Below the pieces are notes generated by a model. It had not been told where the DNA came from, searched no databases, and saw only the letters and a program-made list of their open reading frames with translations. Made by a program: the position numbers and the translations under genes. Shown here piece by piece: positions 1 to 12,458 of a stretch of DNA of 64,000 nucleotides (its first letter is position 1; each line of letters opens with the position of its first letter). The DNA lies in sequence record LR535917.1. One strand, given 5' to 3'.

Positions 1-1058
1 AACCAGTTACTGTTAGTCTGAATCATCGCGCCAGACTGGAGAATAATCTGGTTATTCACATCAGATGGGTCTTCGACTTTATCTGCTGTGGTTTCAAGCA
101 TTTGGACTTCAATTTCAAATCCGGTATAGTCCTGATTGAAATCTTCATCAGCAAACCATTCCATTGCCTTTTCGACTACAGATTTCACAGCCAAGAAAGT
201 ATCAACCGGTAATATCGGGTACGGATAACCGTCAGCTAATTCGTTAATCTTATTATGGTGATCCGGAAGGTTGAACCCTAAGGTGGAATCAAAGTCTTCC
301 TGGTCGTGCCAAGTATAGATGTTAGTAATCAGGCTAGTTTTAATCCTGCTCGGGTTACGACCCGCGCGTCCGTAGATGATAGCCGACATCGGTATCGGCT
401 TGACACCCAACGCCACAGTAAAACTGGAGTTTGCCAAAATGTAATCACGCAACGCTTGACGAATTGACCAACCGGGAACAATTGTGAACTTGGTGGTCGT
501 AAAGATTTCTGGGAACACGAAATCATATGGGAGAATCGGCGAGTATAATGCCGCAACGTCTTCCTCATTTGGAATCCCATTTTTTTCCGTAATGGTTTGA
601 ACAGTCCACTCCCCAAATCGGGAGATTGCTTTGACCCATGATTTATAGATGGACGGTAAATCCGTTACATCGGTAGTTGGAGTTGAGATTGCTCCACTAT
701 CGTGCAGGGTCGTTTTGCGTGAATCGTTTTCAGGGCCTGCGATAACTACAGCGTTTAGCTTCGACATTCTCGCAATATCTGCATTGTTAGTGCCGATTAA
801 TGCGTAGTCGGGAATCGTGTGATACTCTTCCGCTGCGATTAACGCCTGGAAGAACAAGTCCAGCCACTCGGTGGTTTTGTAAACGTTAGGATCGACGTCG
901 TCTACGAGCTTCACGATATCCAGCGGGGTGGAATGTGGCCAAACAGCTTTGCGGGCCAAGACACGATACTCCACGTTATCGAATTCGAAGACGTAGAATT
1001 AGGCAACAGTTGTGCCATTTAACCCTCCTTAGGCTTCTGGCTCTGCCGCAGGGACATC
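1..1058 (-). CDS. phiKZ-like virion structural protein, N-terminus outside window
   Basis: Re-joined reading ...SAIIYGRAGRNPSRIKQALRDYILANS...FPEIFTTTKFTIVPGW...YKSLNAVVIAGPEN...TIPDYALI...RMSKKTTEWL...DVPAAEPEA*. Motifs recalled from phiKZ-family virion proteins; not searched. Confidence 0.6.
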
Positions 1059-1718
1059 TCTGGCAACGTATAAGGTGCCTTAACCTTGAACAACCCCTCA
1101 AGGTTAACCTGAGGCGTGATATTATTACGTTGGAGTTTCGGAAAGTTCTGTACCGCGTCAACACGGTAAATCACTTTATCGCTGATATAGTCGTCACGAG
1201 TTAGGCCGACAGGTTTATAATACTTGTTATAAACGTCAAACTCGTAGACTTGACCGTCCCTCGACTTTAATGTTACAATCGAGGCTTCGACATTAGCGAC
1301 ATTGCGTCTATAATTTAACCCGTTCAGTCCAGGATACGTCTCAATGTACGTATCAGGCTCGTTCGTTAGCAGTGTGACATCGACGTATTCGGGTATTAAT
1401 GCCAGGTCAATAACCACCATCGATGTGATGTCCACACGTGCATCGATTCCTAAACCGCGTTCTAAGATGCTTTTCAGGGCTTTACGCACCGCTTCCATTT
1501 GCAAGTGTTCCTCTTCCGTCACCGTCCCTTCGTAATCCTGATTCTGCTTAGTGAGTGTTGCAACTTGTTCTGTCAGAGGAACCTGCTCACGGATTTTGTT
1601 TGTTAACCCGTTATCTTTCAGGATTTTCAACATCGCATCATTCAACGCCTGCAGTTCTGCGATAAAAAATAAAAGCCTACCTACTCCCTTGGGAGTAGGT
1701 AGTTCTTTTTTTCTTTAA
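999..1718 (-). CDS. phiKZ-like virion structural protein (~207 aa)
   Basis: RBS taaggagg then MAQLLPNTPQVNLEGLFKVKAPYTLP..., includes YNKYYKPVGL and PDTYIETYP, ends NGLTN* before a terminator. Confidence 0.65.
1665..1712. terminator. Bidirectional intrinsic terminator between convergent genes
   Basis: aaaaaataaaagcctacctactccc-tt-gggagtaggtag-ttctttttttt: hairpin flanked by A and T tracts. Confidence 0.8.
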
Positions 1719-2858
1719 AAAAGAAACGTACTGCTGCCACAATCAAAGCAATGGTGCGCGATATCATCGGTAAATAATCACAGGTACAGAAAACTCTGAA
1801 CCTGGATAAACTGTACGCGGAAATCCGCAAGCTGCCGAGCAAGATGCAGGAGCAGACCGTCGAAGTGAAAATCGACGAAGAGCAAATGCATATCGTTGTC
1901 GAACGTCCGAAATCAACCGCATATCCGGTATCGGTTGCCAGCGTTATTCAGGAACTGGAAAACTTGGTTGATATCGAAAATGTGTTTATTGACGACGAAA
2001 TCTTTGTTACCCTCGGTACCTACAAACGTCCATACCCGAATGCGTCGGAAGATGAAGACCACGATGAAATCATTCTGGTAACCTGGGAAGGTTTCGTACA
2101 ACTCGCAGATAAACTCGGTTATGACGTGTGGGATTACAGGGTGAAAGTCTTTACGGCCAACCCCGGTTTCCGTGGTCAGACTATCAACCCCGGCGAAGAC
2201 GAAGTGGGAGATCGTTACGCGCCGCTGGAAGAGTGTCGTAACATCGCGAACATCGACTAACCACACTCAGTTACTTTCGAGCGTTGTGAAGCAGAGCATG
2301 TTGAAGAGACTGACAATGCTCATGTCCAGTGGACTATCGAAGACTGGCGTGCTGCCTCCGTTATCTTCGGTGACGGTATTAAACCAGTAAGTGCCCCACA
2401 AGGTCGTGCTAAGGTTGGGCATTGTTACATTGAATTGAATGGTGTCTGGTATGCCATTGCACATTCTGACGGATTCTTCTTCGAACCAGGTGAGTTGAGT
2501 GTAGCTTTCCAAAATTGCCACGCGCCTTATAACTGGTCTATTCTCGTTGAAGGTGTTGAGTTTGATAACCTGCCACCACTGAAATATTCGCCAGATGACC
2601 GTTGGGGAAGTATGCTGGAGGCTTATCTGCCGCTGCCGCACCTGCGTAATAAGTTGTGCCTTTCTTCTCAAACTCTTCTCACTGGCACCGGTGTTATCAA
2701 CCCGGATCTTTACAATGCGCTGGTCGATAACAATGTGGCGTATGTGCTTAGCTACGAAGGTATTCGTGCATATTCAGAAGCTCTGATTGCACAACACGTT
2801 AACATGCAATTTCCAATTTCCGTAATCGAAGATATGGCTCGTGTAGTACGTGACCGTG
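1719..2858 (+). CDS. Hypothetical protein (~377 aa); joins ORF-track 2435..2863 and 1844..2260
   Basis: MQFPISVIEDMARVVRDR... continuous after re-joining (stop at 2258-2260 is a junction chimera); ends ...VRDIIGK*. Confidence 0.7.
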
Positions 2859-3218
2859 ACTAGTTTTTTACAGCAGTAACTAATCATCTGAAAATACCAT
2901 TGACTTTTATAAGGACTAGTTTCATAACCCGATTCTTTCGCTGGCGGAGTACCTGGCACGTCTTTAATTCCGACCGTACTCCATGGGCGCAACTCTTTCT
3001 TACCATCTGGATGTTGTTCTCAGGCTACCACATACGTGTATTCTCTACGGTAATGTTGGTGATCGGTGCGATTGTCGCGCATCTGATGGAACTCACGTAT
3101 ATTCTCTACTGGATGGAGAAACGCTATAGCCACAACATTCCGATGATGTATAGTTTGTCTTCGGGTCTGACCACCTTTTATTTAATTCTTGGGTGTGTGT
3201 TCGTGAAACGTTTAATAA
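2859..3218 (+). CDS. Small membrane protein (~86 aa)
   Basis: MKRLINILYW...LFSTVMLVIGAIVAHLMELTSPWAQLFLTIWMLFSGY...; two hydrophobic segments. Confidence 0.55.
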
Positions 3219-3278
3219 AATATGCAGTGGTACCGAACCAGCCGTTCTTTGAGGCCGAAGCGTAATTAACGGTCAGAC
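3159..3278 (+). terminator. UUCG-loop terminator split across a block junction
   Basis: ggtcagac (3271-3278) joined to cttcgggtctgaccacctttta (3159-) gives ggtcagacc-ttcg-ggtctgacc plus a T tract. Confidence 0.8.
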
Positions 3279-3878
3279 TGGCAACGTGCCACAAACTGTG
3301 GCGAGCAGAAGATGCCCCAGAACATCTTTTCGTGCTCGAACTGTTCTTCGGCGATCGTGCTTTCTGCCAGCTCAGCTGGTTGACCATCCTGGAAAAACGT
3401 TACGATAAAGAACTCGACTTCAAACAGGCGTATATGGATGTGTCGATTGCACTGCAGATACGTCCAGCAATTAACGAAACCGAAGCAGGCTTCGTGCTGA
3501 CGTGGCGACAGTCGGCGGAAGACGAAGGTATCGAATTCGACTGGAACGTTAATCTGGCGCTGATGTGGATTTGTGGTTAATGGTTCGCAGAGAACCACGG
3601 TTTCTACGACGCGTTAAACGCGGCGTTTGGTGATGACGGTCCTATCGGTGAAGTCGATGGGGAAGCTGTCGAAGCACCTGTCTACGTTGAGTACGGCGTT
3701 TACGAACTGATTCGCGCGGGTGCGGAACACGTTCAAACCAATCCGAACTACGTTGAGCTCGTAACACGCCCCTGGTATCCAGGTCTTAAAACAGCCGCAC
3801 AAATCACCGCCAAAGACGCCTGCGGCCGGTACATTACTGGCAAATAACACTATCATGAAAGGAGCATTGCTTTGACAC
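3219..3878 (+). CDS. Hypothetical protein (~197 aa)
   Basis: RBS aaggag, TTG start, (M)TLVTRPWYPGLK...; stop at 3578-3580 is a junction chimera; ends QPFFEAEA*. Confidence 0.6.
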
Positions 3879-4598
3879 CACGACCAACGCGTCGCCGAAC
3901 TTCAGAAAATCTGGGATACGCTGTACACCAAAATATCAGGTGCGAAAATGACACCACCGAAAGCTGAAACACGTCAGCTTGCTTTTGCGAAGGAAGACAA
4001 GAAATCACCGGTCGGGAAACGCTGGATGGCCAGCTACCGAAAAGACGCAGCATTCTACACAGCCGAAATCGCTTTAGGCTACCGCTTCGGTGAGGGTGCT
4101 GCTGTTGCGATGATTAAAGCCGTTTACATGAAACACATCGAGGAACATCTGACAAAACAACTCAAACGCAAGCCGAGCCAACTTAACATCCCAAAGAATG
4201 CGGACCTTAATAAACCGAAGTATGCTGTACAGCTTGCTAGTAGTGTTGTCCAAATGACGACAGGCACTAAACGCTCCATGATACGTCTGTATGGGAAAAC
4301 CATTTATCGTGAATCCCGTTTTAATAAAAACGTGGGTAAGAATAAATCGAGCAGTGCTAAACCTCTCATCGTCACCGCATCTCGAAAACAAGGCGTACAT
4401 GCCGGGATGCTCGCGACCACCACCAGTAACAAACACCAAAAAGAATTCGTCCTTATCCAGGACCAGTTCAATGAGATTCGCACCATTTTATTTCTTCTGG
4501 TAGCAATGACTACGTTCAACAGCAACGCTTCTTACCAGGCCGTCTTCCCGGATTGGGAACGGAAAAGTATAAATCCGTTTGGAGATACATCCATGTTT
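3819..4598 (+). CDS. Lytic transglycosylase (SLT / phiKZ gp144-like catalytic domain) with N-terminal signal-like segment (~240 aa)
   Basis: MFRTILFLLVAMTTFNSNA... then IYRESRF...SSSASSVVQMTTGT...MIRLYGK...VYMKHIEEHLTKQLKRKPSTAEIALGYRFGEGAA; ES catalytic motif retained. Confidence 0.75.
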
Positions 4599-5198
4599 AA
4601 TAGTTTCAAATAGATATTATCATCAGGGCACATTACAAAGGAGCACAATGCCGTCCGCCAGACTTATCGATTCTATTTACCGGACACCCTGCTGAGGGAA
4701 GCAGAGAAAATCATCCCACGTTACCATGAGCGATTGGAAATCTTTATACACTTACAGAAACGACTACAGCACACGGAGGGGGAAGACTTAGAAGGAGGGA
4801 TTGCGATACCGCCCCTAGGGATGGCTAACGGTTGGTTATTTCGCTATAAATCGCAGATTTACTATGTCACGTCCGGCATTGATGCGCTGGCGCGACTAAT
4901 CGGTGAGGTCTATTGTTATCCTGAGGAAGGGGTAATACTCCTTCCTACTAAAACCCATGAACGCTTCCCATCGCTTTATAATGACTATCGCCAGAAATGC
5001 CGTAAAGAGCAAATCGTTAAGGTCGTTACAGTTAACTGCGTTGGTGCAATGGGAAGGGGCATTGCCTTGGCGTGCCGACTCGAACTGATCGACGAGGCCG
5101 TTATCTCCCACGACTTGTTTAACGCGCCTGAGCGCTTCAGCTGGAATCGTTGCTTCAGTCTCCGGTTATTTCACAATGGGGTATGGCAATAGATGTCA
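4599..5198 (+). CDS. DarG-like macrodomain (ADP-ribosyl glycohydrolase, ~166 aa)
   Basis: Re-joined: MSLELIDEAVISHDLF...VTVNCVGAMGRGIALACRERFPSLYNDYRQKC...ILLPTKTHFRYKSQIYYVTSGIDAL...GIAIPPLGMANGWL, collinear with DarG macrodomain motifs including the PTK lysine. Confidence 0.85.
4607..4629 (+). promoter_or_regulatory. Putative phage promoter motif
   Basis: CAAATAGATATTATCATCAGGG in an intergenic gap upstream (native order) of the SLT gene; resembles motifs at 13371 and 17163. Confidence 0.4.
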
Positions 5199-6038
5199 GC
5201 AAACCTGACCCGGAAGTCCGTAAGTTGCGCGAAGAAGCAAAAGCCAGAGTTCTTACTGCGGTTGGTTCTTTCTGTGGCTTCCCTACCCCACAAACAGAAC
5301 CCCAATATTTGGGCGCAGCAGCGGTACAAGCCTGGGTGAAAAGGAATAGCTAAATGCAAAAAACAATCATCGGAATAAATAGCCTCAACACTATGTTGGC
5401 AATGAAACGGCTCGGTATCGAACACGAAGGTTTCGAGTTTGACCCGGAGAAGTGTTGGCGTAAGATGGACGACCATCGCTACCGTGAAGAAATTACGAGC
5501 CCTAAATTCTGGCGGCCTGGTATGGTGCGTGAGGCGTATCTACTCCAACGCTTAGGTGCGGTTAGTATTCTCGCGCACACGTTGGACATGACGCCCATGA
5601 TTGAAATCGCGATTACCCCCAAAGCAAATGTTCAGTGGTGGTTACGTTTAGCGCTACGTGATAAAGTTGGGGAAACGCCACTATACGATCATTTATCAGA
5701 AGAAGAAACAGCCTTATTCTACGACCTGTTACCTGAAATGGGAGGCAACTTTACCCTAAGGAGCATTAAAATGGTTACCGCTATTCGCGAAACAAAATCC
5801 GCTGAGTACGTGTATTAAAGCAGCGCTTGGTACGCTGCCTGAGCCTCACCACCACGACCCCGTAAATCCTAAACACATCAACGTGGGTACTATCGGGCGT
5901 GTTGCGTTCGATGATACTTTTTCAGCTTTAAACACCGATGTCTGTTGGGCTGAGTACGAGCGGGTGAAGGAGTTCTTACCTCACTATGAGTGGGGTATTT
6001 TTACGCGAGGAGTGCTATTTATGTTTCACCGTCCTGGG
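5079..6038 (+). CDS. Three short hypothetical ORFs (starts MFHRPG, MVTAIRETK, MQKTIIGI)
   Basis: Each has an RBS or overlap with the upstream stop and an open frame after re-joining; no motif recognised. Confidence 0.5.
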
Positions 6039-6578
6039 CAGATGAACCTTTAAGGACTGCGGTAGCATAGTCCTGTTTTAGCACTCCTTACGATTATGAC
6101 AAGACCGTCTCTACAGACGGACAATGGCTTGAATTTAAGAAGCAGGTTCCTGCGGAAGATGGGGGAATATACGCTTGCCAGGAAGCTGGTATTGCGTTCT
6201 TTACCGCTCGCGGTTTTGGTAAAACGATGACGCAGATTTTTGATGCGCTTGATGTGAATGAACAGTTCACCAGTGCGCGCGTAATCGCTGGGGTTCTGAA
6301 GATTCGTACGATGTTCGTGTCTGAAATGGCACGCCGTCCGGGGAACCGTGCTTGTGTTGCTCTGGAAGGGGGTACCCCTGTTGGTTACTGTTTGTATCGT
6401 ACCATACTCCATATCGAAAAAGGTGAGATTCCGAACCTCACTCTGGAGAAACTGTTGGTAACGGAAGCACAAAATAAACAGCTGTTGGGGCTGCATTATA
6501 AATTTCTGAACCACCAACAAGCTCACTTAGGAATTCAGCTCATGGCCGAAATTGTCATTCTTTCCTCATCCTCAGATT
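6039..6578 (+). CDS. GNAT-family acetyltransferase-like protein (~165 aa)
   Basis: Re-joined ...ACVALEGGTPVGYCLYRVIAGVLKIRTMFVSEMARRRKTMTQIFDAL...AGIAFFTARGF matches the GNAT motif A/B layout. Confidence 0.6.
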
Positions 6579-6998
6579 ACCGGTAAACTTAAGAAAACAC
6601 AAACGCAATTCTTCGTTACTCGCTTTCATCGCAGGTGAAAGACACGGTTCCGACAGAGAACTGGTCTTCACCTCTGGCGGTATACACCGCTAAGCTTTCG
6701 AATGTGGCGACGGAAGGTTACCTCAGCATCGCGACGTTTTCAACGTCGTTGCTGATTAGATTTTGCAGTTTCACGTACAGTCGGGGAAGACTGGCGTGGT
6801 AATCAGAAGCGCCATGAGATGGCTATAGGGTCTTCAAAGAACCTTCTAGCAGACATCGCGGAAGTCTGCGGGCCGGATGTGGTCGTGGGTTCAGGGGCGG
6901 CCGAGCCAACCCGGCGTATCGTTCTTTCGAGCGTGGGGCAGGAGGGTAATTACGAAGTGGGAGAAGTATCATGTAACAGTGAAACAGTCTCTGATCCC

Positions 6999-7718
6999 CT
7001 AGGAGCGGGCGCATACGCCCTAGGCGCAATCCTTGCATTGACGCAAGGTTGGTTTTAAGTTTGTAGCAACATGGTTATTTTAGTGAAATGGGTTGGGTGT
7101 ATCGTCTGTAGCCTGATAGTATGGTGGTGCCACATGGACAGATGTTGGTATCACGCTTATCATTTGCGCAATCGGAGCAGGGACCCGGCTTATGACAGTC
7201 GTGAATAGTGTCAACGCGGCGATGATTGCAACGGGTGCGTTTTGGTGTTCTTAGAAGGGGTTTACTTCGGTAATCTGTGGAGCAAGCCCCCGCGTTTAAC
7301 TGTGGTGCTGATGGGTATTTTCATGTCTCGCGCCACGCCTGCCTTTTGGGGCTTAGTTCGTTCCATGGCAAGACGTAAACCTGGTCGTTTAAAGTTTTGG
7401 GCAGTTGTGGTAATGCACGTATTGCACTGTGGTTGATTCGTGGTGCCTGGGGTTGGATTATCCGCACGAAAGGATGGGACGCGTTGTGAGTGGCGAGATA
7501 TAGGAGAACGGACATGATTGAAGGTATCGTATTAACCGGTAGTGGTTATCGCTGCGGTCGTTTATTTAGCTGCTGCTCTTAAAGAACGTCTGTTCGACTG
7601 GGGTTTTCAGTTCCTTCAGTTTGTTGTGATGGTACTGTACCTCTCCTTTTGTGCAACCTTTATAACGAAGGGGTAATAATCAAATATGCATCATAAAGGT
7701 TGGCGCTTATGGGCTTGG
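6999..7718 (+). CDS. Cluster of about five tiny hydrophobic ORFs (34-68 aa) downstream of sbcC
   Basis: Starts MHHKGWRLW, MIEGIVLTG, MARRKPGRL, MTVVNSVNA, MVILVKWVG; each has a TM-like stretch and they are closely packed or overlapping. Confidence 0.45.
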
Positions 7719-10238
7719 CTAAACTTAACGAAGCCACCTACTGTGTCGTGGAGCCAGAAGGTGTAACGCTTCCACCGGTGGCGTTGTCGGGAGAGTTTTC
7801 TCAATTGCTGGTCGTTTCGCATGAAGCGGAAGTTCATTAACCCTCTGAAGGCATGGATGAGGAACACAAAAATCGACTGGTCAACTTCATTAAATCGTTG
7901 TTTCGTTTAACGGCGTATAAAGCGCTTGGTTTACAAAACTATCCTTTGTTATTGGATGAAGAACTGGTGCCGGATGTGAAGAAAGGTTCGAAGGCACAGC
8001 GTATTATCTTTAACATGACATGCGATCTAACCGACGGGGATTTGGATTATACTTTCCCGGTGCGATTAAAAGACCATGTCATGGATTTAATGAATCGGTA
8101 TATCGAAATGGTGTGGGCATATCCGATGCAGGTTATTCATGCCGTCTCACCCGAAAAAGGATTATTGCGTCGTTACTTTTATGCTGCGATTACCCGCAAA
8201 TTGGAAAAAGAGCAAGCTGAGTTGCTCAAAGAACACCATCATGCCAGATTGATTATCACGTACACTTCCGCTCGTGAACGGTTTCGTCAAATGGAAGGGG
8301 CTATTGCACGTTTAGCGGTCTCCGTTAACAACGTCGTGGTTCGCGAGTTGTTAAACCGACGCGAAGCGAAGCTCGATGCCAAAGAAGCAATCGAACGTTT
8401 CCAAAAAGGCTACGAACATCTGGTATCGGAAATGAACATGATAGAATACCGCAGACAAGCCAATGAGCTGGAACGCGAAACCACCCAACTGCAACAAAGT
8501 GCGCTGAGTCAGAAAATTGAACACATCCGTTCACAACTAGACGGGGCTAACCGTCGACAGCTTGCAACAGCGGAACGGGAATGGCAAGAGGCTGTTGCCG
8601 CAGTAGGTAATGTTGATGTTGCACGTGCCTTTACCGAAGAGTTAGATTCGGCCATGATGTATCTGCGTCAATCGGCGATTTTCCGTAAACTGCAGGAGCT
8701 GGATATCTTCACCACGTCGCGGGATCGTTATGGTGCCAGCCTACGTACGATTCGCGAAATCGTCATGTCGTATTCCAACCATCCCGTTGTCGGTTTGTTG
8801 AAAGACGAAATGGATAGTCTTTTGCGTGACCGCAAAGAGATTGAAGAGGACGTCCGCAGTAAGTCGTTACCTGAAATTGAAAAGGCCATCAACGATAATG
8901 AAGGTTGGAAGAAGCAGCTCTTAGAAACTGCAGAAGTTGATTGTCCACAGTGTAACCACCGTTTCCGTCCTGGGATTCCTGAAAAGCTGCAACGTTGTGA
9001 GAACGTGCTACACGGTTTATACCACGACCGTCAACACTATCGCCTGGGAGCGTTAGAGAAGCGTTTACAGGGTATGGATTTAACCTCTGCGGGTCTATAC
9101 GATGCGTGTAACTGGAATTTACCGTTGTCCATGCATCTGGACCAGTTAAAGACAACAGTGTTCCCGGCTCTGTTTGAAGGTACCCGCATTGATGTGGATA
9201 GCATTCAGAACGCGTTAAGTCTAAAACAAACAATCGACAGCTTAAAACAGGAACTGGCAACGTTCCAACAGAACTGGAAGTTGTCACAGCTACTGGATGA
9301 GGAGTCGCGTCAAGCGTATCTGATGCGCAACCATACCGTGGTTGCCTGGCGTGAGCAAGCTGCCTCTGCTGAAACTGAATGCAACATGTACAATAAAGTT
9401 ATGGAACGTTATGGCGTTCTGCCTTCTGACGAACTGATTAACGAGTTTCAAAGTCGTGCCGTTTCGGTTGATAGTATCCGGAAACGCATTGCTTCGTTGC
9501 AACCGGCTGTAAAACTCATCGATGCTGAGCTTCAGGAATTAAACCGCACAATTGAAGCGAGACCCGGTTTAGATAACGAAATGCGCGTCGTTGATGATGA
9601 AGAAGATCGTGCACGTTTAGAAGTTCGTTTGAAAGAACAACTCGCTTCCAGTTTAAGTGGGGCCATTGAGCACACCGGACGAAAAATCGGTGAGGCAATT
9701 ACGTTAATGTCAGAATCTGATCTGACGTACGTTGTTGGTTGCTATCGACGTTTGCGTAAGTTAATTAATGGTGAGACCTTATTAACTGACGCCACTACCG
9801 AAGTTCGTCGTAAATGGTACGCCAAAGTTTACAACTCCATGGTGGAGCAATTAACCGGAATCACCAAAGAAATCAAAGCTTCTCTGTCTTGTAGTATCTT
9901 CAACATCACTAAAGGTGTCTCCATCGTAGACTCGGTAAACACTAACTACGCGTTAGTTGGGGACGACCGTCTTAAGTTTGAAGTCCTGCGTCGTGGCTTC
10001 CTATCTGTTTTTCTCCCCTTAGCTCCAGCAAAATCAGAATTCCGTGAAGGTGGTTCCTTCACCCTTAAGTCAACCGTTACCATCATCCTCGGTGGCAACG
10101 GCTGCGGTAAAACAAGCCAACGTATCATTTTGAAAGGATTTACCGGCATGGGGTTACATGAAATCGAAACGTTTGATTGACCTTTTGGATATGAACGACT
10201 AATACTTTCTCATTAGAAGGCAAACATGCTCAAGGTCG
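7659..10238 (+). CDS. sbcC: SbcC/Rad50-like SMC ATPase (~836 aa)
   Basis: Re-joined N-terminus MLKVERIILKGFTG...TIILGGNGCGKTSLL (Walker A), central CPQC zinc hook, signature GSKAQ, Walker B/D-loop PLLLDEPSEGMDEEH, H-loop LVVSHE. Confidence 0.93.
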
Positions 10239-10958
10239 TTCCGCAATAACTCTCCTCTCTGGAACCCTTCGGGGTTCCATTTCTTCTTTTTTACGCATAT
10301 GAATTAACCAAAGAGCGCACCGATATTTTTTGGGAATCACTCGGACACCGTAAGTTTATCAAATTCCTGCTTACTGAAACGTTAAAGGTTGTCGATTCTG
10401 ATGCCGGGCGGGCGTGGTCCGGCTATTTAATCCCGATATATCTCGACGGCGTGGCACCCGGTCGTAGTGCCGAACTGTGCGCTGCTGACGCCTGGGTTGT
10501 TGGCCAGCACCAATCGCAACCGTACGAAGAAATCAAAATGGCTGATACAGTTAACTGGATTTCTGATGAGTTGACGGTAAACACCACTTTGGTCGGTACT
10601 GGTTCGGTGGAGCAACCTAAACGTTTGGTTTTCTTCTACGTCAATGGCGATTCAATAACTATTGCAGAACGTAACCCTAACAATACGATCTTTACCGGAA
10701 CCACTGCATTAGATTTGGAGTGGTTTAAAGAAGCACTGCCGCGTAGCTGGGAACAGCTCGAAGCGTGGTTTGCTCTACTGCGTATCAATCTGATGGAAGA
10801 AGAAGTCGAAGGGTTTCTGGAATACCCGCGATTGGTGATGATTCGTTTCATCGACGACATGGTGACGTGTCAGAAAGCGAATCGTCAGGATACCAAACTA
10901 GCCTACGGGCTACCTTCTTTTTTTGTTGAAGAAGGATTAAACATGAACGAGATTACCC
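10239..10958 (+). CDS. Hypothetical protein (~208 aa)
   Basis: RBS aagg, MNEIT..., open after re-joining, ends ...GHRKFIPQ* before the terminator. Confidence 0.6.
10260..10292 (+). terminator. Intrinsic terminator
   Basis: tggaaccc-ttcg-gggttcca-tttcttctttttt. Confidence 0.8.
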
Positions 10959-11018
10959 TTCGTGGCCGTAAGGTCCCAATCATTTCCCTTATGCATATGG
11001 GGCTGTAAATACGAGAGG
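10899..11018 (+). terminator. Terminator split across a junction
   Basis: gagagg (11013-11018) joined to tagcctacgggctaccttctttttt (10899-) gives aggtagcc-tacg-ggctacct plus a T tract. Confidence 0.75.
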
Positions 11019-11498
11019 GTATTCCGGCCTGTGAGTTATTCGAAACTAACGCACAAATGTACGAACCGTATGCAATGATATTAGTGAATAACTTCTGGGG
11101 CGACCAAATTGAAGTCTTACAACTCTCTACCGGTGACCACGCCGCAGCCACTTATTGCAACACCCCTGAAGGTCGTGAAGACAACACCGTCGACCACGAG
11201 CTACGTCCGTACTATCGGATGCTTCATGCGGGTTATGAAGTATACCGCAAAGGTTGGTCAACCGTATTGATTAACAGCATCCACAGCGAATGGTTAGATG
11301 CTACGTTGAATGCCCCACGTTGGAAGTTGAAGTTGTTAGGCGAGTTAACCCTCAATCGCACCGACTGGCCAGCAGAAGCTTCTTTCTTTACTCAGATGAA
11401 CGTTAACCCTGAACGTACCCGTGCCATTCTTTCTACTGATCGACTATTACTCGTAAGGATTAAGCAAATGAACATGAACATTCTCGACGATACCCGTT
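10959..11498 (+). CDS. Hypothetical protein (~170 aa)
   Basis: RBS taagga, MNMNILDDTR..., ends ...SLMHMGL*. Confidence 0.6.
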
Positions 11499-11512
11499 AC
11501 CCATCTCACTTT

Positions 11513-11558
11513 GGCCCTGCGGTGATTTCCCCAACACTTAGCCGCAGGGTCCTTTTTA
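11513..11558 (+). terminator. Probable terminator after the exported-protein cluster
   Basis: gccctgcgg...ccgcagggtcc followed by ttttt. Confidence 0.55.
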
Positions 11559-12038
11559 CAGTAGCGCTCGACCAGTAACCGAAAAGTTTTCAGACAGATG
11601 TTATAACGTGAGATGACGACAATACGAAAACCAAACAACGCCTCCTGGTTATTGAACAGCAAGGGGTGGTGCGTGGTTAAGAGATTGTGCCAGTAGAGAC
11701 AATAACGTGCGACCCGACGCTTCGCGCGTCGCTCGCTTACGCAAAGGGCGAGGAAACTTGTCCGGCTGGTTACTACTTCTTGTTGAACTCAAAGGCACGT
11801 ACTGGCGACGATGGCAGATGTGAAGAAGTCAGCCGTCACGACGAGTATATCCTGGTCCGCGTAGAAGATTTACTGCCAGGCACACTGTATCAGTACAACC
11901 CGCCCTCATTCGAAGTCTGTGGACTTATGGGTATTATCGCGGCGGTGTTCTTGACCGCTTCTGCTTCAGCTACAACCATACGATTAAGAAAAACGTGGGC
12001 ATCAATAAACTCGACTTTTAAGTAAGGAAACAACATGC
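11559..12038 (+). CDS. Exported protein E4 (~127 aa)
   Basis: MRGLMGIIAAVFLTASASA signal peptide appears after re-joining; Cys-containing mature part. Confidence 0.7.
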
Positions 12039-12458
12039 CGTTGCTGAGTTTACTCGCGACCCAGGTGATAATGCCCTGACGGTTATCATGTACGACCCGG
12101 CAACAGGTCAGGCCGAATCCATGAACTACAATGATAACCAAGCCTGTAGCGGTGAAGCGTTAGTGAAAACGATGGGCGGTGTCGCATGTGGCGACCCTGA
12201 ATACGGGGTTATTAACATCTCTGACGTACAAGGCGGTAGCTGTCAGATCGTTGCGATGTCCGATAACAACCGTTACCTTATCGAGTTACCAAAAGTTGTT
12301 AACGATCACGAATACGGCGGGCCGTTCTGGTGCCAGAATTTTTTATTACCAGTTTTACTTGCTACTCTGGCCATTAGCTTCTTCGCTCGCGCTGGAAGAC
12401 CATCAAAACAATCGACTATTCAGAATAACTCAAAAAATTGAGGTACTATTATGAAACA
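11979..12458 (+). CDS. Exported protein E3 (~136 aa)
   Basis: MKHFLLPVLLATLAISFFARA-G signal peptide; contains PFWC motif and 4 Cys. Confidence 0.7.

Noticed and set aside
4539-4658. 14-aa ORF MPSAPSSRIGNGKV with a good RBS upstream of the SLT gene
   Set aside because: Too short to support as a gene from sequence alone; could be a leader peptide, but there is no further evidence.
7659-10238. Circularly permuted or ciliate-style scrambled SbcC with Walker A at the C-terminus
   Set aside because: The inversion has a strict 60-nt period, applies to all genes, terminators and intergenic DNA on both strands, and has no pointer repeats; this points to file formatting, not biology.
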